DNA of 64,000 nt, from positions 24,402,272-24,466,271 of the forward strand of contig JASCQW010000122.1 of assembly GCA_030264375.1 (NCBI GenBank), read 5' to 3'. The translations under genes were made by a program, and so were the position numbers. This DNA is from Carcharhinus longimanus (taxonomy: Eukaryota). Below are positions 1 through 11,813 of this stretch, one piece after another; position 1 is the first letter of the stretch; each line of letters opens with the position of its first letter. Below the pieces are notes generated by a model that was not told the origin of the DNA, made no database searches, and was given only the letters and a program-made list of their open reading frames with translations.

Positions 1-29
1 CCATGTTTTCCCCACTGTTTTCCTCTGAC

Positions 30-130
30 TTCACCTGACCAAGGAGCAGCACTCCAAAAGCTTGTGATTTCAAATAAACCTGGTGTTGTGTGACCTCATC
101 TTATTCACCCAAAAACACTGGCATCTCCAT
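30..130 (+). mobile_element. Penelope-like element (PLE) terminal-repeat remnant with a decayed hammerhead ribozyme
   Basis: tcac-CTGACCA-aggagcagcactcc-AAAA-gctt-gtga followed by aataaacctggtgttgtg...ggcatctcca; same layout as 24474-24862 and 20750-20868; both core strands mutated. Confidence 0.65.
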
Positions 131-150
131 TTTTTTTCTTATCTCTCTCT

Positions 151-412
151 TGTTCTGAGTATGAAGGTGTGGTCACGTGGCCATTTTGAGGGGCGTTCCC
201 ATCAGGGCATGTGGTTGGGCTAAATCCTATGGAGTGTCAAGACAGGAAGCTGAGGGCATATCCCAGGTTGAGGAGCCCTACTGTTGGAGCTAGGGAGGAG
301 TAGTGTACAACTGTATAGTTCTGTCTGATCCTGTTTATAGCTCTAATTTGTTTGGCAATAAAGCCTTTTGTTCATCAGGCTAATTGAGTCATCCTTGATA
401 TATTTTGGGACA
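151..412 (+). mobile_element. Putative short solo LTR
   Basis: TG...CA ends, internal gtcacgtg and AATAAA (357-362) shortly before the end; no TSD found. Confidence 0.3.
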
Positions 413-518
413 GGTATGAAAATTATTGATAGTGTTACACTAGATTCCAACACAGCCTATATTTTCATGATTGTAGTGAAATGGGCTGCACTTGAGTGCC
501 AGTGACTGGACTAAATCT

Positions 519-556
519 GGGCTGTACGGTGAACCAAAAGGGACAAATTTATAACA
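519..556 (+). repeat. 38-bp exact direct repeat, copy 1 (copy 2 at 2673-2710)
   Basis: gggctgtacggtgaaccaaaagggacaaatttataaca is identical at both positions. Confidence 0.95.
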
Positions 557-575
557 GGGTGAACAGCCCATTTCA

Positions 576-620
576 TCAAGGGCTGAAGGGCTTGTACTGT
601 GCTGTAATCTTCTATTTTGA
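576..620 (+). mobile_element. CR1 LINE extreme 3' tail
   Basis: gggctgaagggcttgtactgtgctgtaatcttctat matches the CR1 end at 39885-39920. Confidence 0.7.
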
Positions 621-1650
621 AGACATTTTCCAGTTGGAGGCTGGTCTGATGGAAGGAATGAGATTCCTATCACCAGTTGTGGCTGGTGATTGGAATCTCA
701 TTGAGGATTTGAACAGTTTTTGGATTTTCCCATTTAAGCCACCTACTACTGTACATGGCCATTAGTCAGGTGTGATGGTGAGTTAATTGCATAGCTGCAG
801 GCTGAATAGCTACAGGCCCACAAAATGCTACACAATCTATCTTGGGCAGAATACGATCAATAATTGAGTGACTCAATATTAAAAGAATCTGATTTTCTTC
901 CTGGTGCAGTTTTACGTTTATGAGCACAGCTTCGTAGCTTTGCTATTTGAATGACTTTTGGGCATAACTCATGCCTGCAATTTACCTTTTGATTACAGAT
1001 TCTGTTCCTCGCAATCATTTGAGCGAGCATGCTGACTTGCTAGTGAATATGCACAGCCCATTCCAAGCTGCAGAATCTTGCCCTTTGCTCTTCTAATGAG
1101 GTCGTGGGCAGATATGTTCATCTCGGCTACCTTTTAATGAGAAATTCAATGTACCCCATCCGACTGCCAAAGCAGACTTGGGGCTGGATTGTTCTGTTCC
1201 AGGTGTGATGAAGCACTTCTCAAGCAGTGCCTTGCATTAAACACGGTTGTTAGCTACAGTGTCTGTGCTTTGAGTATTGAGTTGTTGTAGGTGAATTGTT
1301 CTTGGGTGCAGTGCCTAGTTTTTCTTAAGTTGTTGACTATCCTTCGTGACTAGGATGGAGTGAAGATAGCTTTAATATTGAAGCAACAGAGCAGTGTTGT
1401 ATAATTGAGGCCAATACTCAACCCTAAAGCAATGTTGTCTGTGCCATGTAATTACTCTTTTGAAGGAAAGAGCTAGCTCAGTGAAGCTATTTTTTGGCTG
1501 GCTGTAGTACTCAGACACCAGGTCAGCACTGTGCCCTTCTGGAGAGGTTTTATTAAATAGGCCTTGGATGCTTCAAATTAATACAAACCAAATGTGTTGA
1601 ATAAATTGTCTCATTCAATAACACGAGGAGTCAGTACGCTCATGGAATAA

Positions 1651-1930
1651 TAGAATCCATGCAGTGCAGGAGGAGACCATTAGGCTCATTGAGCTTGTGT
1701 CAACAGCAATCCCACTCAGGGCCCCATCCATGCAATCCCACATAATTAGTTTGCTAATCTCACACAAGGGGCAATTTAGCATGGCCAGTCCACCTAACCT
1801 GTGCATGTTTTGGACTGAGGAATAACTGGAGCACTGAGAGGAAACTTGTGCAAACATGGAGAACGTGCAGACTCCACAGTCACCCAGGTCCCTGGCATTG
1901 AGAGAGAGCGGTGCTAATTGCTGTGTCACC
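1651..1930 (-). mobile_element. HE1-like tRNA-derived V-SINE, CR1-type tail (tail A)
   Basis: Reverse complement of the head ggtgacacagcaattagcacc..., body ttagcatggcc...ccacctaacctg, tail tagaatccatgcagtgcaggagg. Confidence 0.8.
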
Positions 1931-2224
1931 AAACCATCTTTAGTGAAGTAACATTTAATGTAAATGTTATGAAATGCTTCCTTTTAAATGTAACATTGGC
2001 ATTGAGTTATGACTTTTTAAATGGCTTCTTGAACATCATGGAAGACAACCAAGGCTATTCTTTCCTGCCTTGAAGTTGTTTACTCACCACTGGCAAACAA
2101 GTCTTTCTTTTGACATTGTGTGCAGTTTTTTGGGTGTGTTGGGTAGCAACAACAAATTCAGTTATGTAAATTCATACAAATATATGGATTTTTCAGAAAC
2201 ACTGCCTCCTTACTTTTGGCTGAA

Positions 2225-2482
2225 GTTTAGTTGTCCCAAATAGGCTGACATCAACACTGCAATGAAGTTACTAAAAAAAAAAGCCCCCTAGTTGCCACAC
2301 TCCAGCACCTGTTTGTGTACACAGACTTTAGCATGACCAGTGCACCTGACCAGCACGTCCTATGGACTGTGGGAGGAAACAGGAGCACCTGGAAGAAACC
2401 CACTCGGTTATGTGTAGAAGTCTAGACTCCACGCAGACAGTAACCCAAGCTGGGAATCGAAGCTGGCACTGAAGCAGCTGTG
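2225..2482 (-). mobile_element. HE1-like V-SINE, alternative tail (tail B)
   Basis: acactgcaatgaagttac...ccctagttgccacactcc tail plus ctgtgggaggaaac body. Confidence 0.8.
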
Positions 2483-2851
2483 CAATATTGATGACATATA
2501 AGTGGTGCTGTGAAATTGCTCTCAAGGTAAACCTACGTCTAGAGACAATTTTTGTGCATTTTGAGAGTGACCTTCTGGAACGCTTGACAAACTAATGTAA
2601 CTTTAGTGTGTTCACTCATACCTGCTGCTTCTGTTTCCTGCTCTGCATTGCATCGTTTCCTCGCATACAGCAGGGCTGTACGGTGAACCAAAAGGGACAA
2701 ATTTATAACATTTTTAGTTTGTCTAGTTGAACTGTATTCATCTAATGCTTCTGAGCTAGTCAGCCAGGGTAGGAAGTCCATGTTCTGACTTGATTTGAAA
2801 TGTAGGGTTTTTTTTCAGTAAACATCATTCTATAAACAAGAGAATACTCAT

Positions 2852-3091
2852 AAAAATTCCACACAGTGCAGAAAGAGGCCGTTTGGCCCATTGAATCTAC
2901 ACTGACACTTGGTCCACCCCCTAACCAATCCACCATTGCTAATCCACCTGACCTACACAGTATGGACAAATTAGCATGGCAAGTCGACTTGATGTCTTTG
3001 GAGTGTGGGAGGAAACCAGACAGACAAGAAAAGTTGGCATTGAACCTGGGTCCCTGGCGCTTAGAGCCAGCAGTGCTCACCACTGTGCCAT
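2852..3091 (-). mobile_element. HE1-like V-SINE, tail A
   Basis: cagtgcagaaagaggccgtttggccc tail; ttgaacctgggtccctggcgc...cagtgctcaccactgtgcca head. Confidence 0.8.
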
Positions 3092-3269
3092 GTTAAGACT
3101 GAACTATCAGTAAGGATGCACCAGGCTTTTGCCAGTTGTGTAAGTAGCTGAACAAATTTGTTGCACTGGGAATCTGAATTAAAAACTGAAGTTGCTTTTG
3201 GCTATTGCTTGTAATCATTTGATTCAGTGCAAACTTCCTTTGGTAGCCAAGAATAACAGCAAGGCGATA

Positions 3270-3445
3270 TAGCTGTAATGTGAGTGTGATGTTTCAGTGA
3301 TTAGACTGCTGCTGGGGAAAGCCACTAAATGGTGCTGTAAATTAACTGTCTCCTAAATCATTGACTGTGATTTATGGTGCACAGAAATCTTGACCTAATG
3401 ATCGATGAATTGCAAAGCAATCCTCAATAGTTAGTCAGCAACATG
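3270..3445. promoter_or_regulatory. Candidate conserved non-coding element upstream of the candidate exon
   Basis: Repeat-free; TGATTTATGG (PBX-HOX type site), TAAATCA and AATTAA motifs; conservation not tested. Confidence 0.35.
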
Positions 3446-3475
3446 CACTTTTTCGTTTCTCTCCTTTTGAACCAG

Positions 3476-3527
3476 GGACGCTTGGGTTAAGCAAGAATTT
3501 GAGGCAGCAAAGACAATAACTGCCAAG
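3476..3527 (+). CDS. Candidate internal coding exon (52 nt) of an unidentified long-intron gene, peptide DAWVKQEFEAAKTITAK
   Basis: Strong acceptor ctttttcgtttctctccttttgaaccag, donor AAG|gtacac; only one frame is open (phase 2 start, phase 0 end); unique flanking sequence. Confidence 0.6.
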
Positions 3528-3919
3528 GTACACTGATTTAATGTTTGTATTGTCCACTGCAAAACGCAGCACACATTTAGCTATTTGTTCAAACATGAAG
3601 CTACGCAGGCACACATAGACAATTTTAAATAGCCACTAATCTAGGGCCTTTAAAATGGAACTGGGTTGGTGGGTGGTGGTAAGCAGTGTTCGCAAGCAAG
3701 ACGCTAAAGACCACAGACAGAAGCAACATTTGGTTCATCAAAACCATTACTGTTCGTTCCTTCACCAATATATCAGGCATTATTTAGACTACTACAGCTT
3801 CCTTTTGAAGCTGCTCATAGTTCCAGATGTAGTCTGACTTTTGGACAAGTATAAATTATACATGTTATTCTAGTGCAGCCTGAAACACCCCTGTATTTCA
3901 GAAGTATTTACCTCCACGC

Positions 3920-4056
3920 TCCCCCCCCCCCCCGCATACCCCTNNNNNNNNNNNNNNNNNNNNNNNNNNNNNNNNNNNNNNNNNNNNNNNNNNNNNNNNN
4001 NNNNNNNNNNNNNNNNNNNNNNNNNNNNNNNNNNNNNNNNNNNCCCGCATACCCCT
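3920..4056. repeat. C-rich repeat (cccgcatacccct) on both sides of a 100-N gap
   Basis: Same motif ends the left contig and starts the right contig. Confidence 0.5.
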
Positions 4057-4639
4057 GCTGCTTGCTTAGCTGTTGCCGACTATCTGCATGCATTTGTACC
4101 CGTGCACTTGAGGTGAAAGAAATGTGGAAGAGAACCTCAAAATCAAGAGGGCTGTTCTTTTGTCAATAGTTTAACTGTCCCTTCTACCTTGTATCGAATT
4201 GGATTTCAGCAGAACTGACCTGTAATTAATTTGCATGGACAATGGGGAAGTACTGGGAAGGGTGCATCTTCCATTTATGGTAAACTCCTGCACATTGCCT
4301 TATGCTTGCTTGCATCATGCTTATTACATATTTTTGCCTCAGAGATAAGGTAGTGGATGTGCCTGGGTAAAATACTTCTGTCCTTTTTGTCTTGCACTGT
4401 CTTGATGGTCTCTTGTACTGTTGACATTCTTATGCCTCGGGGAGGTGGTCACTCTGATTCCAGGGTTGAAGCCTGTGAGAGCAGGATAAGGTTATGTGGG
4501 CGAGTGCATGGGCAGTTTGATTTTGTTTTGCAGAGTGAATGCTATGTTCTTTGACACATCAGTGATGTCTGGTTGGATCAGGGAGGAACCTTGCTGGCAG
4601 ATGCCACGCACTGGAGGCTTTCCTTATTGAAGTTGCGCA

Positions 4640-5590
4640 GAACTTATCACCATGCTTGAATATTTAGTGGCATGATAAAATAATGCAAAAGCTGCAAGAG
4701 ACAGGTGATGTCTATAATTTAAGATGTGTGGAGGCATATTGGCAGTGAGAATTCACTGTCAACCAATAGAAGGGAATATGGATGACAAACCACCAGTGAG
4801 GTAGTTGGGATAAAGTGAATGTTTGATTTAATGACATTTCATGTGTTCCCCAGATCTGTATTGGGGCCTTAACTTCTCCCTACTCTTCCAAGTCATTTTA
4901 AATAAGAGTATATCCTCAGTTGGCATTGATGTGGAAGACACAATACGTTGTGTAGATGGGAACTGGTGATTTTGAAGGGACTTAAACACTAACTTGTGGG
5001 CAAACCCATCATAGAATCCCCACAGTTCAGGAGACCATTCAGTCCACCAGATCTGCGCTGACCACTATCCCACCCAGGCCCTATTGACTGAACCCCTCAT
5101 TTATCACGTTAATCCCCCGATGCTTAATTTTAGCATGACCGATCAACCTAACCTGCTCATCTCGTGTGGGAAGAAACTGGAGCACCCAGATGAAACCCCC
5201 ACTAACACGGAGAACTCCACACAGCCAGGAATTGAATCTGGGACCCTGGTGTGAGGCAACNNNNNNNNNNNNNNNNNNNNNNNNNNNNNNNNNNNNNNNN
5301 NNNNNNNNNNNNNNNNNNNNNNNNNNNNNNNNNNNNNNNNNNNNNNNNNNNNNNNNNNNNATTGAATCTGGGACCCTGGTGTGAGGCAACAATGCTAACC
5401 ACTGCCACCGTGCGACTGATCCATTTCAGTATAGGAAAGTGTGAGCTTATCCACTTTGCATCAGAATATTTTATTGGTGAAGAACTGGGAATGAGGAGTG
5501 TGTTTGTGTGAGGCTTAAGTGGGTTTGTGCAGAAATGTAACATTTTAAAAGTTAATGGGGTATTACCAGAAAGTTGGAATACAATAATGG
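4640..5590 (+). mobile_element. Old degenerate CR1 RT fragment interrupted by a SINE
   Basis: gtgttccccagatctgtattggggcct (VPQGSVLGP-like); continues after 5413 with aagtgtgagcttatccacttt (KCELIHF). Confidence 0.55.
5008..5413 (-). mobile_element. HE1-like V-SINE, tail A (spans an N gap)
   Basis: catagaatcccc tail; gctaaccactgccaccgtgc head. Confidence 0.8.
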
Positions 5591-5679
5591 ATGTGAGTGA
5601 AATTGTGACTCAACAGGCTGGGCAACTGACTGACATCCCTTGCCCCACGCAGAGCAGGTGAATAGTGTCTCATTGGTGT

Positions 5680-6460
5680 CTCTGCAGTTTGGTCAAATGG
5701 GCAGATAAGTGGCAGATTGAACATTTTCTTGTAAAGTTACTCGTAAATATATCACTTCACACTTATCAGGGTTAAAATTCAATGAATGATAGAACGCTAG
5801 GAAGTTCTGTGAAGCAAAGCGTCCTTGGCCTGTTTGTCTACAGATCTCGGAAAGGTCATGTTAGTAGGGTGGTTAAGAAGGCATATGGAACATTTGTGTT
5901 TATCAATTGAGTCATAGATTCCAAAAGCAGGGAACACATGTTGGAGTTGCATAGAATTTCGAGGCCACAGCTGGATTAGTGAATGCACTTCTGGTCTGCA
6001 CATTTTATAGGAAGGATGTGATTGCACTGGAGGGGGTGCAGAGGAGATTGACCAGGATGTGGCCTGGGATGGAACATTTTAAGGGGTTGGATAGGCTTGG
6101 GTGGTTTTTATGGGAGCTGAGAAGACTGGGGTGGGGGGCAATCGGATTGAGACACATGAACAGAATGGATAAGGAGCAGCTATTCCCATTAATTGGAGAG
6201 TCTGTCATGAGACAGGTTCAAGTTTAGGGGGGATGTGAGGAAAAACTTTCACCCAGAGCTAGTGACAGTCGGAATGCAATGCCTGGGAGGGTGGTGGAGG
6301 TGGGTTGCTTCATGTTCTCAAGTATCTGGATGAGCCCTTTGCAGGTGATGACATTCAGGGCTATGGACTAAGTGCTGGCAGATGGGAGTTCAGATGTTTG
6401 TGTGTTGGTGTGGACTCGATGGGCTGAAGGGCCTCTTGTGTGCTGTGTGATTCTATAATT
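5680..6460 (+). mobile_element. CR1 LINE 3' part (ORF2 C-terminus and 3' UTR)
   Basis: YRKDVIALEGVQRRLTRMWPG; ends actcgatgggctgaagggcctcttgtgtgctgtgtgattcta. Confidence 0.85.
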
Positions 6461-7070
6461 CATATTTTTCTGTCATGATTGGATGTTACTTGGTACCTTT
6501 CCAAACAATTCTAGCTGGTACAGCAGCATTTAGGTGTATATTAAGCCATGCTGCTGCTTTTGATGGATGTACATTGAAAGCTTGCTGGTGCTGTCATCTC
6601 AACAATGTGCACGTACTAGTGCACAAACCAAATGTGAGCTGCTGTTTGTACATTACATTGAATTTGCTCATTATATTCAAACCTCTGATTTGCTGTGGCT
6701 TGTGTCTTGGTTACGCATAATTTGAGGACAAAATGAGTTGCGCTGTATTTGACATTTGAGCAGTTTAAAAAGCCTACATTCACTTCTGGCAGTGCTTGTG
6801 TTCTGAATTATTTTAATGCAATGTTACAGCTTCTGACCTCCACAGATCCAAATTTTCCATGTCTGGTGTTTTTCAACATTTATTTACGCTTCTCAATCCT
6901 ATAAATTCGATGCATTTCTAGCATTTTCCATTACTTGTGAACAATGAAACACTTTTTAGTCTCCCAGAACTATGGGCATAATATTTTAGAAACCAAGTCA
7001 GTAATATTTATCATAAACTTGTTTTCCCCACTTTAATTCTCATCAGGCTTGATCCGAGAAGGGGGAATCT

Positions 7071-7272
7071 GGGCAGCATGGTGGTCAGTACTGCTGCGTC
7101 ACAGTGACAGGACAAGGGTTCAAATCCAGTCTCAAGTCTTGGCTTGCGTGCAGTTTGCATGTTCTCCCCATTATCTGCAGGGGTTTCCTCCCACAGTCTG
7201 GTGGGATTGTTGCTGGTTGGGCTCGATGGTCTGAATGGTGGCTGCCTGCACTGTAGGGATTGAATGATTCTA
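7071..7272 (+). mobile_element. HE1-like V-SINE, tail A, internally deleted
   Basis: gggcagcatggtgg...ggttcaaatcc B-box, tttcctcccacagtc, gcactgtagggatt. Confidence 0.8.
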
Positions 7273-9609
7273 GGAAGTGTTAGAGAGGTCATTTGACCTG
7301 TTATGTCAATACTGCAAAATCAGTGCCATTCTGTATCCTTTCCCTATAGCCCTGTGCATTAGTGAGAAAAGATGATGCTTTGGGATTGGACTTCCCCAGC
7401 GCCTGAGGGGAGATTAGTGAAATACAGTCAATTATATGTATTTGCATTTTGCCAAGTTTGAAATTAATTGCTGATGCTTGCAATTGTCACTTGGGGATCA
7501 AAATATCAATTTCTAAAGCTACACTTCTAGTTTTGGTTGGGGGCGGGGGGAGGTGCAGGTGGAAACAGGTGATGTGGAATGCTGACACTGAAGGGCTTCA
7601 AAAAGACTTATAACAGTGGAAATATTTGCTTGTGCTTCATCTGTCAGGGCTTGCCTGACACCTGTGGAAGGATAATTGATGAATTTCTTTCTTTCAAAAC
7701 ATGACGTTCAATGTTTATCCAAGGCATATTCTTCACGGTCTGAACCATGTTCCTTAACCTGTCACAATGGTGACAAGTTTAACACGTTTATCCACTCTTT
7801 GTCACTATCAATTACTTGCATCTACTGAACAGCTGTTATACTTGGTCTGCAGGCTATAAAAATCTGGGATCTGATTGGTAGTATTTTTGCAAAGAGTTGC
7901 TGAGTTCACACAAGGATTGGTTTCCATGGTAACCATACTTTTTGAAGCAATTGCATGTTGGGAATGAAATCAATAGACTGTTGCTTTGACCAGCTTAGCT
8001 GTAGACACTTGATAATCTTTGCAAAAGGAGGCTTTTTGGTCCATTTGTTGGATTCCAAGTTTCTGACGAAGGTTTTATCAATTGCAGTTAATTTTTCACT
8101 AATCTGATGTACGTGCTGTATTGTTTAAATCTCTGCTCTTGCCACTTATGAGTGTACCTTCCTTGGCCCAGAAGTCCTGGGGTAAAACTCTGCCTTGGGT
8201 TAGAGACACTACCCACTAAAATACAACATAATGTCTTCCCTTTTCATTTCAAGATTGGATTGTTTGTAAAAGCTACTACCCTGCACCTAATTTTAGAATT
8301 GGGATGAAGTTTGGGACAAAATTCAGAAATGGATGTTGCTTTGTCAGGTGTTATGGTTCCTATTTGGACTTGAAATAAATGTTTGCATTGTGGAGTAAAG
8401 GCAAAAGGGAATAGAAGAAGAAAATCTGGGTAACTATCACCAATGAATTAATTTATGGCATTTCTTTGACTCACTTTTCTCGTATTCTGGGTCTACTTCC
8501 ACACATCTATTTTTTGAAGCACTTTGCTGGGGCTCATCTGTGTTTATTGCCTTCTGAAAACCAGATGTCTTCAGTGGGCCCATTAATGACTCTGAAGTTG
8601 CTAAGCTCTGCACACTGGCATGTTGACCTAATGCTGTACTACTAATCCAGTGTTAAATATAAATGATGGATCCTAAGATGCTGTAGTGTCATAGATGAAG
8701 CCACCTCAAAGTATAGCTGCTGTGTTGCTAGCATTGGATAAAATAACGGTGTATATGTTTAAACAGGTGGAACCTAAGCACTGCGGGCAGCTTCCAGCCA
8801 ATGGGTGCTTTGTAACTTGTGTTGGCTTTAAACTGGATTATCAAGGCGAGCTATAAACTCAACAAATGAATATTCACATTGCAACTTGACATTACATACT
8901 GGGTAACATAGCTCATAGGAAAGAAAACAATTTGCAATTATGAAGTCTGGTTTTCACCTTTAGTTAATTAATATCAGCGTATGCAATTTAGTCTCTGGGA
9001 TCAAGTTTGTGATGTTGGATGAGTTTTGCCTACTTCTCTAAGAAAATAATGACCCCCTGAGATCTGATCCTGATGTACCAACAATGAATGCAAAATTTCC
9101 AACCTTTAAAAGCTCTCGCCACAACAACAATGCAGACACGGTGTTCAAACCCTTTATTACAGGGAGAGTCACACCAGCAGTGGATTCTGCACTGCTTTGA
9201 GATTATAGAGTTTACATCATTTTGTGTTCACCAGAGCAGTGGGCAACATGACCACCTGCTGTCTGGACACTGCATTCTGGTCAGTGAATAATATCAAACA
9301 CAGCAGGTATACAGATATGGATAATTTCATTGTGGTCTCGGGCACTTTTGCTGAATAGTATTGGGATAGCAAATTAAAATTTCTTAGCTAGCACAACATT
9401 GCAGCCATCCTGACATTTAATAGAAAAAATATTTCCTGTTGATTGGTTCAGCTTTCCTGCTGAAGTGACAAACTCCTTCAGCTCCTACAACACAATACTC
9501 CTGCATTGTGTAAGATACAGTCAGACAATTTGCTGGGGGCACAATGTCTTGGTGGTTGCATTACTGGACTAATGATCCAGCGAGATTTTAGATGAATGAT
9601 TAAGCAATG

Positions 9610-9808
9610 TTGCCAGAGTCCCAGATGACTGTAGGCTGCTCCTGAGGCAGAGAGCTGACTGGTGGTGACTTAACTGGAGGATCACCACCCTGCAGACGAA
9701 GGGGCAAGGTTGAGAAGTCAGGCCTTGAATGAATAAACTCGGCCAGTACGGGAAATGAACCCATGCTGTTGGCATTGCTCTGCTCCGTGAACTACCAGTC
9801 CAACTGAT
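9610..9808 (-). mobile_element. Second tRNA-derived SINE family
   Basis: Minus strand tcagttgg A-box and gggttcatttccc B-box, then ttctcaaccttgcccct...tcaccaccagtcagctctc; a related head fragment lies at about 47690-47775. Confidence 0.65.
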
Positions 9809-10799
9809 GCCCAGTCTTGAGGATTGGTTGAGGAGGGAATGTTAGTTTATAAAAACTTGCATGTTCCAAGTACTGCTGTCAAGAATGAGTTGAACTAAGA
9901 ATTGATAGTGGGGGCCTTGGACTAAAGTCTTGTCTGCACATACTGTTTAACATGCTCAGTATTTCAACGAATGCCTTTTTCATGTGTAGAGGTAGCATTG
10001 CCTCAGACGTACTAACTGTGCCATCTTCATGTGTAGGTATGAAATGATGCAGATCTGACATAACATATTAAGGTGTTTAGTATTTACTGGCTAGCCAATG
10101 CAACATATAAGCAATAGTAGAATGAAAGATGCAATCTTTATGTAGCTAGTGTCTTTTAATGTACCAAAGCTAAAGGAGATTAACCAATATTGACATTCTG
10201 CTGTTGCAGTAGATTTTGCAGCTTAAGTGCTCACTGTTGTCCCACACTGAAGCAAAAACTTAATCCAGGAATGCATTAAACTGGATATTGCAGAAAATAG
10301 ATTCTGATGCCGGTTGCAGCCCAAGCTGAATATCTGTTCAGTACCTCATTTTGACTTGACCCATCTTTTGTAAGAGGACTCGGGGGCGGGGGGGGGGGGG
10401 GTCGGAAATTTTATTCAGGCGTCACAATAGGAGACCTGAAATAATGAACCCAGACACTCTTTACCTGGTCAAATATTACTTGCTTTCGACAGTCGTAGAT
10501 CAGATGACATTTTTTAAGCTCCTGCACAGCAGGGTTCTTCTGCCCATTTGATCTTCAAAGGAGGTGCTTGGAGAGAGAGAGAGTTTAAAAAGCAATTGAA
10601 GTGAAGGACAATCGGAGTTCTCTCTGAACTATGTTTCAAAAATCCAAGGCCAGATGGCAGGATTTTTTTGGTTGCCCCTTTTTGCCTGCCTTTCGGTAAG
10701 TGGGTGATCTTTTGTGAAGAGCACCTGCTAGAACTGAAGAACTTCCTTGAATATTCTCAATTCAGCATTTTGGATGGCTATGTTCTCTTAGCAAAACTG

Positions 10800-11450
10800 C
10801 AGTTTCCTTGGTGACAAAACGATTCATGTCCGTTAGGACGGATAATGCATTGTGGTAGGAAAAATGAGGCTATAAGAACGAAATGGTGCAACATGAAGAT
10901 TGGGGGACGTGAGTGTGGGCGAATTTTTAAAGGTGGGAGGATAACATGAAAAGACTTGGCTTTCTGTATCAGATTTATAAATAAAGGCTGGCATTGTAGT
11001 AGCTTTTTATAAATCATTGCTAGGGACTCAGCTGGAATATAGGATCCAATCCAACACTTCAGGAAGGATTTAGATGTCTTGGAGAGAATGTCGAAGAGAT
11101 TTACTGGGTTGAGGCCAATGATGGAATTCAGTAATGTAGAGAAGCTGGAGAAAGCTGCGCCTGTCCTCAGCACAGTGGTTAAGGGAAGATTTAACCAAGG
11201 TGTTCAAAACAAAAGGCTTTTGATGGAGTAAATAATGAAGAACTGTTTGCATTGATGGGTTGGTTACAAGGGTGCACATATTTAAGGTAATTGGCAAAAG
11301 GGCTAACGGAAGAAGAGATTCCTTTCTTAAACAGCAAGCTATGACCTGGAGTGGAAGCCTGAAAGGATGCAGAAAGCGGATTCAACAGGACCTTGACAAA
11401 AGAATTGGATATCGAAGGGAAGATTTGCAGGTCTTTTGGGCAAAATGAGT
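10800..11450 (+). mobile_element. Degenerate CR1 LINE 3' part
   Basis: cacttcaggaaggatttagatgtcttggagagaatgtcgaagagatttact (HFRKDLDVLERMSKRFT). Confidence 0.75.
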
Positions 11451-11682
11451 ATGGAAGAGCTACCACGAGATTCCTATGTTGCTTTGATTCAATACCTTGC
11501 AAGGGCATCACTTTCTGTGAAAAACTTTTTGGTGATGTTCTGAAATACAATTCCTTTTCACATACTGGATGATTCCTTCTTGCATTTTTACAAATGCCTG
11601 TGAATTTGCCTCCAATGACTTGATATGCCCCAGATGATTTTTTTTTTGTTCTGCTTTCTTTTTTAAGGGCTGGGAAGATAAA

Positions 11683-11813
11683 AGGACAGATTTTCCAAAT
11701 CCACCTGCCATGGATTCCGTGGTCTATGGGTGAGGGACAGACCATGAAAAGATCTGTGACCTTGAATGGGCTTTTCTGATTTCGGGGCAAACATGTCTCA
11801 GAAAATCCTGCCC
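11683..11813. mobile_element. Short MITE, possibly PIF/Harbinger-derived
   Basis: Imperfect terminal inverted repeats ggacagattttc / gaaaatcctgccc; resembles an abundant shark MITE as I recall it. Confidence 0.55.

Noticed and set aside
5231-5390. 30-bp direct repeat attgaatctgggaccctggtgtgaggcaac around a gap
   Set aside because: Identical sequence at both contig ends of a 100-N gap; most likely an assembly overlap.
8063-8075. ctgacgaagg hammerhead-like core
   Set aside because: No stem II or GAAA follows; at most a decayed PLE end.
10382-10401. G-run, possible G-quadruplex
   Set aside because: Simple homopolymer with no supporting context.
11191-11790. Longest ORF (199 aa, minus strand)
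   Set aside because: Runs antisense through a CR1 fragment and a MITE; no recognisable domain.
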